This document shows positions 22,991-32,895 of a stretch of DNA of 58,759 nucleotides, piece after piece. Below the pieces are notes generated by a model. The model was given only the letters and a program-made list of their open reading frames with translations, was not told where the DNA came from and ran no database searches. A program made the translations under genes and the position numbers. The stretch lies in the NCBI GenBank assembly GCA_023140255.1, contig JAGLLX010000009.1, positions 1-58,759 of the forward strand. Reading direction: 5' to 3'. Numbering within the stretch: position 1 is the first letter of the stretch; the number at the start of each line of letters is the position of its first letter. The stretch is from Minisyncoccota bacterium. GTDB lineage: Bacteria > Patescibacteriota > Minisyncoccia > Phycocordibacterales > UBA12079.

Positions 22991-24121
22991 TTCGTGTTCA
23001 ATAATTATATTTAATAATTCAGTTGCGATTTTATGGGCAGAATTTTCAATTGAAAATTCTTTAGCCTTTTCACTTAAATCTTTCATTTTTACTGAGTCAT
23101 CCATTAAACGATTGATTTCTGTCAAAAATAATTCAGGACTTAAATTTTCTTGTTCTATTACAACACAAGCACCTGCACGAGCATAAGAAAAAGCATTTTT
23201 TCTTTGGTCTCCGCTAACAGCTTCTGGTATAGGAATTATTATACTGGGCTTACCCCATATTGCAATTTCTGATATTGATCCTGCTCCTGCACGAGAAATT
23301 ATCAAGTTAGTAATTCCAGCTGACATTCGCATAGCTAATGTTTTTAAATAAGGAAAGGCTTTATATCTTTCTTCAAATTCATTGTTATATAAAACAACAC
23401 TGGCTCGTTTTTGTGTATCTTTGAATAATTTTTTTCCAGTTTGATGTATAATTTGATACTTTTTTACTAATTCAGGTAGAATATCAATTAAATTTTCATT
23501 AATACTTTTTGCTCCACTTGAACCTCCTAAAACTAAAATAGTAGGTATATCAGCTTTTAATTTTAGAAATGTTTCAGCCCCTTCTTTTAAAGGGATGGTT
23601 ATCTCTTTTTGAACCGGGTTTCCTAAAAAAGCTACTTTATCTTTTTCTGATTCTAAATACTGAATAGCATCAGGAAATCCTAAAGAAATTCTTTGTGCAA
23701 ATTTTGAAGCCCAACGATTAGTCCTTCCTGGAACTGAATCAGAAATATGGATAAATACAGGAATTCTTAATATTCTAGCACTTAATAGTACGGGGAAAGC
23801 TACATTTCCTCCGTTGCTAAAAATAACATCAGGGAAAATATTAAAAACTATAAAGATTGATTTTAGAAATCCCCATGCTGTTTTAAATAACCCAAAGAAA
23901 TTTAAAATTGAAAAATGTCTTCTTAATTTTCCTGCTGAAATCTTTTTAAATTCTATATTATTCTCAAATAATTTTTTCTTATCATAAGGGCTATTTGATA
24001 AAAAATACATTTTTGGTTTAAGTAATTTTTTTTCTATTACTAAATTATTTATTTCTTGAGCAACGGCAATAATAGGATAAAAATGTCCTCCACTTCCCCC
24101 GCCTGTAAAAATTATTTTCAT
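22982..24121 (-). CDS. murG: UDP-N-acetylglucosamine--lipid I transferase MurG
   Basis: MKIIFTGGGSGGHFYPIIAV G-loop, GT28 two-domain length. Confidence 0.9.
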   Translation of the reverse strand: MKIIFTGGGSGGHFYPIIAVAQEINNLVIEKKLLKPKMYFLSNSPYDKKKLFENNIEFKKISAGKLRRHFSILNFFGLFKTAWGFLKSIFIVFNIFPDVIFSNGGNVAFPVLLSARILRIPVFIHISDSVPGRTNRWASKFAQRISLGFPDAIQYLESEKDKVAFLGNPVQKEITIPLKEGAETFLKLKADIPTILVLGGSSGAKSINENLIDILPELVKKYQIIHQTGKKLFKDTQKRASVVLYNNEFEERYKAFPYLKTLAMRMSAGITNLIISRAGAGSISEIAIWGKPSIIIPIPEAVSGDQRKNAFSYARAGACVVIEQENLSPELFLTEINRLMDDSVKMKDLSEKAKEFSIENSAHKIATELLNIIIEHESH

Positions 24122-24153
24122 AATATCTTTATAAATTAAATTTTAATAAGTTT

Positions 24154-25260
24154 TTAAACAAGTCTTTTTTTATAAGTAGATATATTTAATAAAATACCTA
24201 CTTCGGCTAATGCAAATAACAATGCGGTTCCTCCTTGGCTAACAAAAATTAAAGGCATACCTGTTAAAGGAAAAATTCCTAACATTGAAGCTACATTAAT
24301 AAATGATTGAGATACTATAAGTATAACAATACCAACAGCTAATAATCTACCAAAAACATCAGTTGAACGAGATGCAATTTTTAAACCTCTAAAAGCAAAC
24401 ATTAAAAATAATGTTAGTAAGAGAACACAGCCGATAAAACCCCATTCTTCTGCAGTAACAGCAAAAATAGAATCACCTGTTGGCTCAGGTAAATATCCAA
24501 ATTTCTGAATACTTTTCCCAAAACCCTTCCCCCAAAAACCACCTGACCCAATTGATATTAATGCGTGATTTATTTGATAACCTGCTCCTGCTAAATCTGC
24601 TGAGGGATTTAAAAATGTTAAGAGTCTTTGCCAGATATAAGGTTTATATAAAGCCAAGGGAATAATGGCTAAAAAAGTTGAGCCCACAATAATAAAAAGA
24701 TGTTTGAAATTTATTTCAGCCACTAAGAGCATTCCTAAAGCAGTAAGTACTATAATTATTAAAGTTCCATAATCAGGTTGAAAGAAAGAAATTCCAGCAA
24801 TAATTCCTAATAGAATAAAACTGGGAATTACACTATAACGCCAATTATTTAATTTATTTCTAAATACAGATAAAAATGTGGCAAAATAAAGAACGAAAGA
24901 AATTTTTAATAATTCTGCTGGTTGGAAAGAAAATCCAAATATATTCAACCATCTACTAGCACCTCCATGTTTGAGTCCAATTCCGGGTACGAAAACTAAA
25001 CACGAAATAAATATAGATATTAAGAAAATATAAAAAGCATATTTTTTATAATTTCTATAATTTATTTTAGATAAAATAAACATAGCAGTAAGTCCACCAA
25101 TTAGACCTAAACCAATTTGTTTTATAAAGATATTTAAAAAATCAGATTTTCCTTTAGCTAACAATCCCATAGATGCAGACATAAACAAAAAGAAGCCTAA
25201 TGAAATCAGCAAGAACACAATGAATGCGAAAATTTTATCTACTTTTCTTTTTTGAGACAT
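24154..25260 (-). CDS. ftsW: SEDS family protein FtsW/RodA
   Basis: 368 aa, ~10 TM, conserved GYLPEPTGDSIF-like segment; adjacent to murG. Confidence 0.88.
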   Translation of the reverse strand: MSQKRKVDKIFAFIVFLLISLGFFLFMSASMGLLAKGKSDFLNIFIKQIGLGLIGGLTAMFILSKINYRNYKKYAFYIFLISIFISCLVFVPGIGLKHGGASRWLNIFGFSFQPAELLKISFVLYFATFLSVFRNKLNNWRYSVIPSFILLGIIAGISFFQPDYGTLIIIVLTALGMLLVAEINFKHLFIIVGSTFLAIIPLALYKPYIWQRLLTFLNPSADLAGAGYQINHALISIGSGGFWGKGFGKSIQKFGYLPEPTGDSIFAVTAEEWGFIGCVLLLTLFLMFAFRGLKIASRSTDVFGRLLAVGIVILIVSQSFINVASMLGIFPLTGMPLIFVSQGGTALLFALAEVGILLNISTYKKRLV

Positions 25261-25347
25261 GTACCAGTAATTATACTATATATTTTCTGAAATAGCTGAA
25301 ATAAAAAATAGGCGGAATTGTTTTCACAATTCCGCCTTAAATCTGCT

Positions 25348-25722
25348 TTAGTCTAGTACAGGGTGAATCATCCAAACATTCCTTTCTGAACTTTTTTCAT
25401 TTTGAAGAAATGTTGGTAAAGGAACTTTTGCTGTTTTAACTGTAAATTTCTCTGGTATTTGTTGAGGTTTTATCCTTTTTAGAGATGGGTCTACCAAGTT
25501 AATTACACTTGGTTCGTAATAACGAGGTTTCTTATTCCCCACCTTCATTTTTAGAAGTAAATTATAATCTCCATTAGTATAGACATCAATTACTGTATAA
25601 ACAGTATTTTCTTCTAAATATTTTTGGGGAATTCCTCGTCCTTTCCAGAATCCAAAAAGAGTTCCTATGAGAAAAAAGTTAACTAGCATCAAAAGCCAAC
25701 CAAAAATAGTATTTACAAACAT
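25348..25722 (-). CDS. Hypothetical membrane-anchored protein
   Basis: 124 aa, N-terminal TM, strong SD (aaaggaggaggtt). Confidence 0.55.
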   Translation of the reverse strand: MFVNTIFGWLLMLVNFFLIGTLFGFWKGRGIPQKYLEENTVYTVIDVYTNGDYNLLLKMKVGNKKPRYYEPSVINLVDPSLKRIKPQQIPEKFTVKTAKVPLPTFLQNEKSSERNVWMIHPVLD

Positions 25723-25827
25723 AACCTCCTCCTTTTTGTATGAAATTATTTATTAAACAATCTAGTTTATTTATATAGTATTTTGTGAATATTGTCCAGT
25801 TTTTGGCTAAAAAAAGTTCGACTTTTT

Positions 25828-25856
25828 AAATAGTAGTAGTCGGACTACTACTATTT
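25828..25856. repeat. TAGTAG-family hairpin, identical to 3256..3284
   Basis: aaatagtagtagtcggactactactattt. Confidence 0.65.
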
Positions 25857-25861
25857 TTATT

Positions 25862-25890
25862 TTGCTAAAAATAGGAATTTAATGTATAAT
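25862..25890 (+). promoter_or_regulatory. Promoter of RNase P RNA
   Basis: TTGCTA, 17 nt, TG-T-TATAAT extended -10, 7 nt before the predicted P1 5-prime end. Confidence 0.55.
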
Positions 25891-25896
25891 ATACGA

Positions 25897-26555
25897 ATGT
25901 TCTTTGATATCGGATAGTTGCTGAATTTTTCTTTCAGAAAAATTTGGAGGAAAGTCCGGACACTTACCGAGCATCTCACTATCGTGAGATACAGATTTAT
26001 GATTTAAGATTTAGGAATTAAGAACAAAAAATTTGCTTTGCAAATTTTATCTTAAATCTTAAATCCATATTCTTAAATCTGCAACGAGCGATAGCGAGGT
26101 GTTTGGTTAAAATGGTAGCAGGTAATACCTGTCGTTAGCTTTATGGCTATAGAGGTGCGAGCAGAGACGCTGAAATCCGAAAGGAAATCAGGCGCTTTAG
26201 AGCGTAGTCCCTCACTCAGATTGACATTTTTGTTTACAAATTTTTTGAATTTGTGATGTCAATCTGGGTGAGGGGGTGAAACGGCTAAATCCTTACTTAA
26301 GTGCAAGGTCGTACCCGACACTTTGAGCATAAGCTCAAAGTGCCTAGTCGAAAGTCAAAAGTCGAAAGTTTATAAAGTTAAAAAATTTGCTTCGCAAATT
26401 TTTCACTTTTGACTTTAAGAACTTTACAGACTTTAAACTAGACACTTTGTTTGTGAACAAAGTGTCGGGAGTGCCGCTTGAGATATATTGGTAACAATAT
26501 ATCCAGATAAATAACTATCTATTACAGAATCCGGCTTATAGATATTAGAGAACAT
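25897..26555 (+). ncRNA. rnpB: RNase P RNA (bacterial type A-like), unusually long
   Basis: P4 strands GGAGGAAAGTCCGGAC (25946..) and ACAGAATCCGGCTTATA (26524..). P1 pairing of 25897..25911 with 26541..26555. GGGTGAAACGG, AGTGCAAG and GCCGCTTGAG motifs. Confidence 0.85.
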
Positions 26556-26565
26556 ACTAAAAAAT

Positions 26566-26595
26566 ACCAGCATTCATTTGCTGGTGTTTTTTATT
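26566..26595 (+). terminator. Terminator after rnpB
   Basis: ccagca ttcatt tgctgg plus T-run. Confidence 0.65.
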
Positions 26596-26748
26596 TTTAA
26601 AGTTACTAGTAAAACAAATCTAAATTTAGAATATAAAATATAAAAGTTATTATGATATTATCAATAATATCATAATAACTTTTAACTTGTGATTAAAACC
26701 CTCCCTTTACTATTCCATTTAAATGGAATAGTAAAGGGAGCTAAGTTT

Positions 26749-27720
26749 TTAATTTAAATATTTTTTAAGTATTTCAGTAGTTTCTTTCTCATTCTCTGTT
26801 TTCATTAATTCTATCCTTAATTCTTTTGCTCCTTTAAACCCTCGCACATAAGCTCCAATATGTTTTTTCATTAAATTAAAAGGTTTGATTCTTTCTTCCC
26901 CACCATAAAATTTTTCATATAACTCAATATGTTCAATCAAAACCCCTAACTTTTCTTTAATACTTAGCACTCCGACTGCTAAGTCGTTATTAAAAAGCCA
27001 CGGATTGCCGAAAATTGCACGACCAATCATAACTCCATCTACTCCAGATTCTTCAGCTCTTTTAATTCCCTCTTCTATATTTTTAATATCTCCATTTCCT
27101 AAAATTAGAACTCCTGAACCCTTGGCTATTTCAACTCCCTTTTTTATAATATCCCAATTAGCAGGAACCTTAGACATTTCTTTTTGAGTTCTTCCATGTA
27201 ATGTAATTGCAGCAGGCTTTTCTTCTAATAAAATTGGTAACCATTTCTCAATTTCATTTTTCTTATATCCAATTCTAGTTTTTATAGATACAAGTAAATC
27301 CCCAGCTCCTCGCTTTGTTGCTCTAATTATTTCTTTAGCTAATTCAGGATTATCAATTAATTTTGCTCCTGCTCCTTGTTTAATAATATTTTTCTGAGGA
27401 CATCCCATATTAATATCAATTCCATCAAAACCTAGCTCAGCCATTAATTTAGCTGACTCTTCAAAATTTTCAGGCTTTGATCCAAATAATTGAGCTACAA
27501 TAGGTCTTTCATTTTCACTAAATTGTAATAATGGCATTAATTTTTCTTTTCCGATTGAGCATAAACCATCACAAGCCACAAATTCTGTAAACAATATATC
27601 AGGTTTTCCATATTTGGTAACTATTTGTCTTAAAGCAGCATCACTAACATCAACCATCGGAGCTAAAGCAAAAAATGGTTTTTTATTTTTTTGTAACTTT
27701 TTCCAAAAATTATTTGACAT
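26749..27720 (-). CDS. dus: tRNA-dihydrouridine synthase
   Basis: FALAPMVDVSD, INMGCPQKN and TIM-barrel Dus pattern, 323 aa. Confidence 0.9.
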   Translation of the reverse strand: MSNNFWKKLQKNKKPFFALAPMVDVSDAALRQIVTKYGKPDILFTEFVACDGLCSIGKEKLMPLLQFSENERPIVAQLFGSKPENFEESAKLMAELGFDGIDINMGCPQKNIIKQGAGAKLIDNPELAKEIIRATKRGAGDLLVSIKTRIGYKKNEIEKWLPILLEEKPAAITLHGRTQKEMSKVPANWDIIKKGVEIAKGSGVLILGNGDIKNIEEGIKRAEESGVDGVMIGRAIFGNPWLFNNDLAVGVLSIKEKLGVLIEHIELYEKFYGGEERIKPFNLMKKHIGAYVRGFKGAKELRIELMKTENEKETTEILKKYLN

Positions 27721-27810
27721 CTTGTTTTATTTATTACGGTATGATAATATCATTTTTAGATAGTGATATCAATAAGTAATTGATTATTTGATAATAAAAG
27801 GGGGTACATC

Positions 27811-28056
27811 ATGGAAATAATAGATAGAACAGATTTTGTTATGGAGGTGGATACTTCAGAAGAGGCTTTTGAGTCCCTTCCTCAAACATTTTTGCAAAAA
27901 TATCGAAGTGGAGACGAAGTTTTTGTCGGTATTGGAATGTTTCGGATAGCTGGTGTAGGTCCTTCTAGAGGAAGACCTGCTATTAAAGTTATTTATGGAT
28001 ATTTCGGAGATGAAAAGAAAGCTTCGTATTTTTACCTTCCTTCAGGAAGAATTTAA
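27811..28056 (+). CDS. Small hypothetical protein, paralog of 28076..28357
   Basis: 81 aa, SD aaaggggg; shared motif VxEVDTSxxAFxxLPQxFLQxYRxGDxV. Confidence 0.6.
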   Translation: MEIIDRTDFVMEVDTSEEAFESLPQTFLQKYRSGDEVFVGIGMFRIAGVGPSRGRPAIKVIYGYFGDEKKASYFYLPSGRI

Positions 28057-28075
28057 TCTTAAAAAAGGGGTTATT

Positions 28076-28357
28076 ATGATAAAGAAATTAAAATCTCGCA
28101 CAGGTAATGTTATAGAGGTGGATACTTCATCAAAAGCCTTTCAAACTTTACCACAAGAATTTTTACAACATTATCGACATGGAGATAGAGTAATTCTTCG
28201 TAAAATGGTATTTGTGATGGTAGGGGTTGGTAATTTTGAATTTACTGGCTGTAATTTTTCTATAAAAGTTATATGGGGGTTTTTACACGGAGAAGAAAGA
28301 ATTTCTTGCCGTTACCCTATCCGAAAAGGTGATTTTCAACCATTTATTGAAACTTAA
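28076..28357 (+). CDS. Small hypothetical protein, paralog of 27811..28056
   Basis: In-frame ATG at 28076 with SD aaaaggggtt (track ORF starts at 27995, overlapping the previous gene). Confidence 0.6.
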   Translation: MIKKLKSRTGNVIEVDTSSKAFQTLPQEFLQHYRHGDRVILRKMVFVMVGVGNFEFTGCNFSIKVIWGFLHGEERISCRYPIRKGDFQPFIET

Positions 28358-28368
28358 AGGAGGAGAAA

Positions 28369-28578
28369 ATGACTAGAGATGAGAGGTTAAGAAAAAGTTG
28401 GTGGTGGAGGAGTATATTCTTTTTAACAATAGCTATTGTTCTTTTGATAGGAAGTTTCTTCATTCCTACAGAAACTCTCAAGGGCACCATTTTTTTATGT
28501 TCTCTAACTAACATTGAAATATTATTGTTTTTAGCAGCAGGTTTTTGTTTTACTATATACGAGGTATATAGTGACTAA
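28369..28578 (+). CDS. Small hypothetical two-TM protein
   Basis: 69 aa, SD aaaggaggag, two hydrophobic helices. Confidence 0.55.
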   Translation: MTRDERLRKSWWWRSIFFLTIAIVLLIGSFFIPTETLKGTIFLCSLTNIEILLFLAAGFCFTIYEVYSD

Positions 28579-28589
28579 ATTTAAGTATG

Positions 28590-28623
28590 GGGGGGATTCG
28601 CAAAGCGAATCTCCCCTATTTTT
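28590..28623. terminator. Bidirectional GC-rich hairpin terminator
   Basis: gggggattcgc aaa gcgaatctcccc, 12-bp stem plus T-run. Confidence 0.75.
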
Positions 28624-29500
28624 AATCTTTAAATTTATGAAATACTTTATTATTGAATCTTAAGTCTATATATTCAAATTCTTTTTCTTCAATATCACCA
28701 AGATCAATTAAAATTGCTTGTAAATTTTCTAATAAAATATCAAAATCTTGTTTCCCCTCAAAAAGTAACTTAGAATTATTTCCAAAAAGTAATTCATAAT
28801 CATCATTTTCCTTTATTGTTAAGCGGTAAACATTCAAGTTTATATCTTTAAGAAAACGAATAAATAAATTAACTTTTTCAAATTGTTTTCCACTAGCTCC
28901 TGTTAAATAAGTACTTCCTAATATTTCTTGTATAGAATTAGCATTATTTTTTTCTTGATAATATTTAAAATAAACATTATTAGAAAAACTCATTGCTTTG
29001 GCATAAATATAAGCTTGATCATCCATAAAGTAACAAGATTCACTTTTTCCTACAATGTCTTTTAAATCAGAAGGTTCTACCACTTTATATAAGGTTTGAA
29101 TTTCCTGATCTTCACAATATAGAGCAAAAGGTTTCCTTTCTGTAATATTTACATTAATTGTATGAAGATCGCTAAATGAAATAACAATTTTGTTAATTAT
29201 TAGAAATGAACTAAAAAGTTCCCTTTTAATTTTAAATTTTGGATAGAGGAATATATTTGACCTAGAAAATAATTTAAGATAATCCCCTTCTAAATTTTTA
29301 TTTACTATTTCTAAAATATCTTTATCTTGAACCACTTCATTCCCAACTATATTAATATTTAAAATAGTCGTTTCTTTTCTCTTTGATGAATAAGAAATCA
29401 AGAAAGTTAAAATAAATAAAAATATCAAAAAAAACACAAATTTTGCTCGAAAAATTCGTTTATGTTTTTCTACTACTTGTTGCGATCTAAATTTTCGCAT
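28622..29500 (-). CDS. ftsQ: Cell division protein FtsQ/DivIB-like
   Basis: 292 aa, basic N-terminus, single TM, POTRA-like segment ILNINIVGNEVV. Confidence 0.65.
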   Translation of the reverse strand: MRKFRSQQVVEKHKRIFRAKFVFFLIFLFILTFLISYSSKRKETTILNINIVGNEVVQDKDILEIVNKNLEGDYLKLFSRSNIFLYPKFKIKRELFSSFLIINKIVISFSDLHTINVNITERKPFALYCEDQEIQTLYKVVEPSDLKDIVGKSESCYFMDDQAYIYAKAMSFSNNVYFKYYQEKNNANSIQEILGSTYLTGASGKQFEKVNLFIRFLKDINLNVYRLTIKENDDYELLFGNNSKLLFEGKQDFDILLENLQAILIDLGDIEEKEFEYIDLRFNNKVFHKFKD

Positions 29501-29517
29501 ATTTTTACTTAGCTTAA

Positions 29518-30792
29518 TTATTTATTAGCTTGAATAGTTTCTTTTCCTCCCATGTATTTTTGAAGTACTTCAGGGATTTTTATAGAACCGTCTGCTTGTT
29601 GAAAGTTTTCTACCAAAGAAACTAAAATTCTTGGTGTTGGAATAGCTGTACAATTTAAAGTATGTACATATTTAGCTTTATCCTCTCCTTCTTTGTAACG
29701 AATATTAAATCTTCTTGCTTGAAAATCGTGGAAATATGAAGCTGAAGAAATTTCTCTATATTTATTTTCTCCCGGAACCCATAATTCAACATCATATTTT
29801 TTAACTTGTCCTTGTCCTAGATCTCCTCCACAATTTATTACAGTATGATAAGGGATTTCCAAAGATTCAATAAATTCTTCAGTATTTCTATTTATCCATT
29901 CATGCTGTTTAACTGATTCCTCATGGCTAGCTTCACATAAAATTACTTGTTCCATTTTGAAAAATTCATTTACTCTGATAAGTCCTTTGGTATCTTTTCC
30001 ATGACTGCCAGCTTCTCTTCTGTAACAAGGAGAAAAACCTAAATATTTTTTAGGAAGATCTTCTTTTTTTAGAATTTCACCTGAATGGTAACCTGTCACA
30101 GGGATTTCAGCAGTTCCGATTAAATAATCACCATCTTGCGTACAATAAACATCATCAACATCATTTGGTAAGTGACCTGTTCCATAAAGATTTTCTTTTT
30201 TAACAATAGCTGGAGGAAGCATCGGAATAAAGCCCTTTTTATCAAAAAAATCATTAGCATAATTCCAAATAGCCCAAGAAAGTCTAGCACCATCTCCTAT
30301 TAAATAATAACCTCTAAATCCATGAATTTTAGTTCCTCTCTCAAAATCTACCATTTCTAAATTATTCATAATTTCAACATGGTCTTTTGCTTCAAAATCA
30401 AAAACAGTTTTTTCTCCCCATGTTTTAATTTCTTGATTATCTTCGTCTGATTCTCCGTCAGGAACAGACATATCAGGAATATTAGGAACTTGTAACATTA
30501 ATAATTTCCATCTTTGCATTATTTCTCGTAATTCTTCTTCTCCTTTTTGAAGTTCTTTTTTCAATCCTTGTGATTCTGCTATCAATAATTCTTTTTCAGC
30601 TAGGTCTTGGCTTTTAGCAACTCTATCTGAAATAGAATTTTGTTCAGTCCTTAATCTTTCTACTGTGGCTAAGACTCCCCTTCTTTCATCATCTACTTTG
30701 AATAATCTTTCAATATCAAAATCTATGTGCTTTTTTACAGCCCCTGCTTTTATCATCTCTTTATTTTCTCTTATGAATTTTATATCTAACAT
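29518..30792 (-). CDS. serS: Serine--tRNA ligase
   Basis: MLDIKFIRENKE, coiled-coil arm, class II motifs (FRREAGS-type CYRREAGSHG). Confidence 0.95.
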   Translation of the reverse strand: MLDIKFIRENKEMIKAGAVKKHIDFDIERLFKVDDERRGVLATVERLRTEQNSISDRVAKSQDLAEKELLIAESQGLKKELQKGEEELREIMQRWKLLMLQVPNIPDMSVPDGESDEDNQEIKTWGEKTVFDFEAKDHVEIMNNLEMVDFERGTKIHGFRGYYLIGDGARLSWAIWNYANDFFDKKGFIPMLPPAIVKKENLYGTGHLPNDVDDVYCTQDGDYLIGTAEIPVTGYHSGEILKKEDLPKKYLGFSPCYRREAGSHGKDTKGLIRVNEFFKMEQVILCEASHEESVKQHEWINRNTEEFIESLEIPYHTVINCGGDLGQGQVKKYDVELWVPGENKYREISSASYFHDFQARRFNIRYKEGEDKAKYVHTLNCTAIPTPRILVSLVENFQQADGSIKIPEVLQKYMGGKETIQANK

Positions 30793-30796
30793 ATAT

Positions 30797-30899
30797 TAGT
30801 CTAAAGTCTATAAAGTCAAAAGTTAAAAGTCTTTTTTTAAAAATTTGCTTTGTAAATTTTTTACTCTCGACTTTATGGACTTTATAGACTTTTGACTTA
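30797..30899. repeat. Long palindromic element with an AAATTTGCTTTGTAAATTT centre
   Basis: tagtctaaagtctataaagtcaaaag ... gactttatggactttatagacttttgactta. Confidence 0.65.
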
Positions 30900-30942
30900 A
30901 TTATTATTTTTTAATAATTCTGTTGTTCTTATAATAACAAAA

Positions 30943-31836
30943 ATGTTAAAATTAAAAAAGCATATAAATATGGAAGAAATTAAAAAACTTCAAAAAGAAG
31001 ATTGGCCAGAAAATATTTTAGAAATGGCTGATCTACCTAAACAATTACATTATCGTGGACAAAAACCTGATTGGGGCTCTATTTTTCTAACAGTGGTTGG
31101 TTCAAGGAAATATTCTCAATATGGAAAAGAAGTTTGTCAAAAATTAATTGAAGGATTAAAAGGTTATGATATTACTATTGTATCTGGTTTAGCTCTAGGA
31201 ATAGATGCTATTGCTCATAAAACCGCTTTGGAAAATAATTTAAAAACAATTGCTTTTCCTGGTTCAGGATTAGATGAAAATTTTATATACCCTAAGTCAA
31301 ATTTTGCTTTAGCTAAGGGAATATTAAAGGCTGGTGGAACTTTGTTGTCTGAATATGAACATAAACAAGAAGCTACACCTTGGACTTTTCCGCAAAGAAA
31401 TAGGATTATGGCGGGGTTAAGTAGGGCTACTTTGGTTATAGAAGCGACTGAAAAATCTGGAACTTTGATTACTGCTAGACTAGCTTTAGAGTATAATCGT
31501 GAGGTTTGTGCTGTCCCCACTTCAATTTTTTCATTCTATGGGAAAGGTTCAAATAAATTATTACATCAAGGAGCTACACCGATAACTTCTAGCCAAGATT
31601 TATTACAAGTTTTAGGTTTTGATTTAGAAAATCAAGAAGCTCAACTCAAAATAAAATTTGACGATTGCTCTAAAGAAGAGAAATTGATTTTAGAAAACTT
31701 AAAAGAACCAAAATCTAGAGATGAATTAATTCAAAATTTAAAGATGCCAGTAAATCAAGTAAATATTTTGTTATCGTCAATGGAAATTAAAGGATTGATA
31801 TTAGAATCTTTAGGCAAAATTCAAATAAAAGATTAA
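30943..31836 (+). CDS. dprA: DNA processing protein DprA
   Basis: SGLALGIDAIAHK, Rossmann-like DprA core, C-terminal winged helix. Confidence 0.9.
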   Translation: MLKLKKHINMEEIKKLQKEDWPENILEMADLPKQLHYRGQKPDWGSIFLTVVGSRKYSQYGKEVCQKLIEGLKGYDITIVSGLALGIDAIAHKTALENNLKTIAFPGSGLDENFIYPKSNFALAKGILKAGGTLLSEYEHKQEATPWTFPQRNRIMAGLSRATLVIEATEKSGTLITARLALEYNREVCAVPTSIFSFYGKGSNKLLHQGATPITSSQDLLQVLGFDLENQEAQLKIKFDDCSKEEKLILENLKEPKSRDELIQNLKMPVNQVNILLSSMEIKGLILESLGKIQIKD

Positions 31837-31884
31837 ATATATTAATATAGAATAATCCTTAGTATTAAGTTATAATTATTTATT

Positions 31885-32817
31885 ATGTTAAATAAAATAA
31901 AAACTTTTTTTATAAATGTTCAATTTGTTTATTGGGTAATTTTAGTTCTTTTTGCAATTTTTGTTTCTTTAACTTGGGTAGGAAATAGTCGTTTAGGTTT
32001 ATTAAATGAAAAAATTGATTTAATTACTTCAGACTTAACATATTTAGAGGAGAATACTGCTGCATCTACTACTGAATTAAGAAAATCAATTACTCAAACT
32101 CATTCAGATCTATCTTTAGCAATAAATGATGAAAAAAAGAATGTAGGAGAAATTGAAGAATTATTAGGAGTGTATAAAGAAGAAAATGAAAAAATTTCAG
32201 GCACAGTAACTACTCTTGAAAAATTAAGTAAAATTGATCCAGAAATATTACAAAAATATTCTAAGGTTTTTTTCTTAAGCGAACATTATGCTCCTGCTCG
32301 TTTAGCTGAAATTCCAGATACTTATGAATATCACGAAGATAAATTTTCTAAATTAGACTCACAAGTTTATCCTTATTTAGAAAATATGTTGAAATCTGCC
32401 TTAGCTGATAATTTAGGAATTTATGTTTACTCTGCTTATCGTTCTTATGAAGAGCAAAATGCTCTTAAGAGTTTATATACAGTAATTTATGGAGCAGGAA
32501 CGGCTAATCAATTTTCAGCTGATCAAGGTTATTCTGAGCACCAATTAGGAACAGCTGTGGATTTAATTACAACCGGAATTGGTGGAACTTTGGAAGGTTT
32601 TGAAAATACTGAAGCTTATCTTTGGTTATTAAATAATGCTTACAAATTTGGTTTTACTCTTTCTTATCCAAAATATAATGATTTTTATGTTTATGAGCCA
32701 TGGCATTGGCGTTTTGTAGGTGTAAAATTAGCTACTCACTTACATGATACTCAACAAAATTTTTATGATTTAGATCAACGAGAAATAGATGAGTATTTGA
32801 TTAACCTGTTTGAATAA
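31885..32817 (+). CDS. M15B (VanY-type) D-alanyl-D-alanine carboxypeptidase
   Basis: N-terminal TM; SEHQLGTAVDL and EPWHWRFVG zinc-site motifs. Confidence 0.85.
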   Translation: MLNKIKTFFINVQFVYWVILVLFAIFVSLTWVGNSRLGLLNEKIDLITSDLTYLEENTAASTTELRKSITQTHSDLSLAINDEKKNVGEIEELLGVYKEENEKISGTVTTLEKLSKIDPEILQKYSKVFFLSEHYAPARLAEIPDTYEYHEDKFSKLDSQVYPYLENMLKSALADNLGIYVYSAYRSYEEQNALKSLYTVIYGAGTANQFSADQGYSEHQLGTAVDLITTGIGGTLEGFENTEAYLWLLNNAYKFGFTLSYPKYNDFYVYEPWHWRFVGVKLATHLHDTQQNFYDLDQREIDEYLINLFE

Positions 32818-32840
32818 AAGATAAAGCAAAAAAACAAAAT

Positions 32841-32877
32841 AAAAAAGAGGTCGGTTTGGATTAAACCGACCTCTTTG
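32841..32877. terminator. Bidirectional hairpin terminator
   Basis: agaggtcggttt ggatt aaaccgacctct with a flanking A-run. Confidence 0.7.
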
Positions 32878-32895
32878 ATCTTTAGTCCAGAAAGG

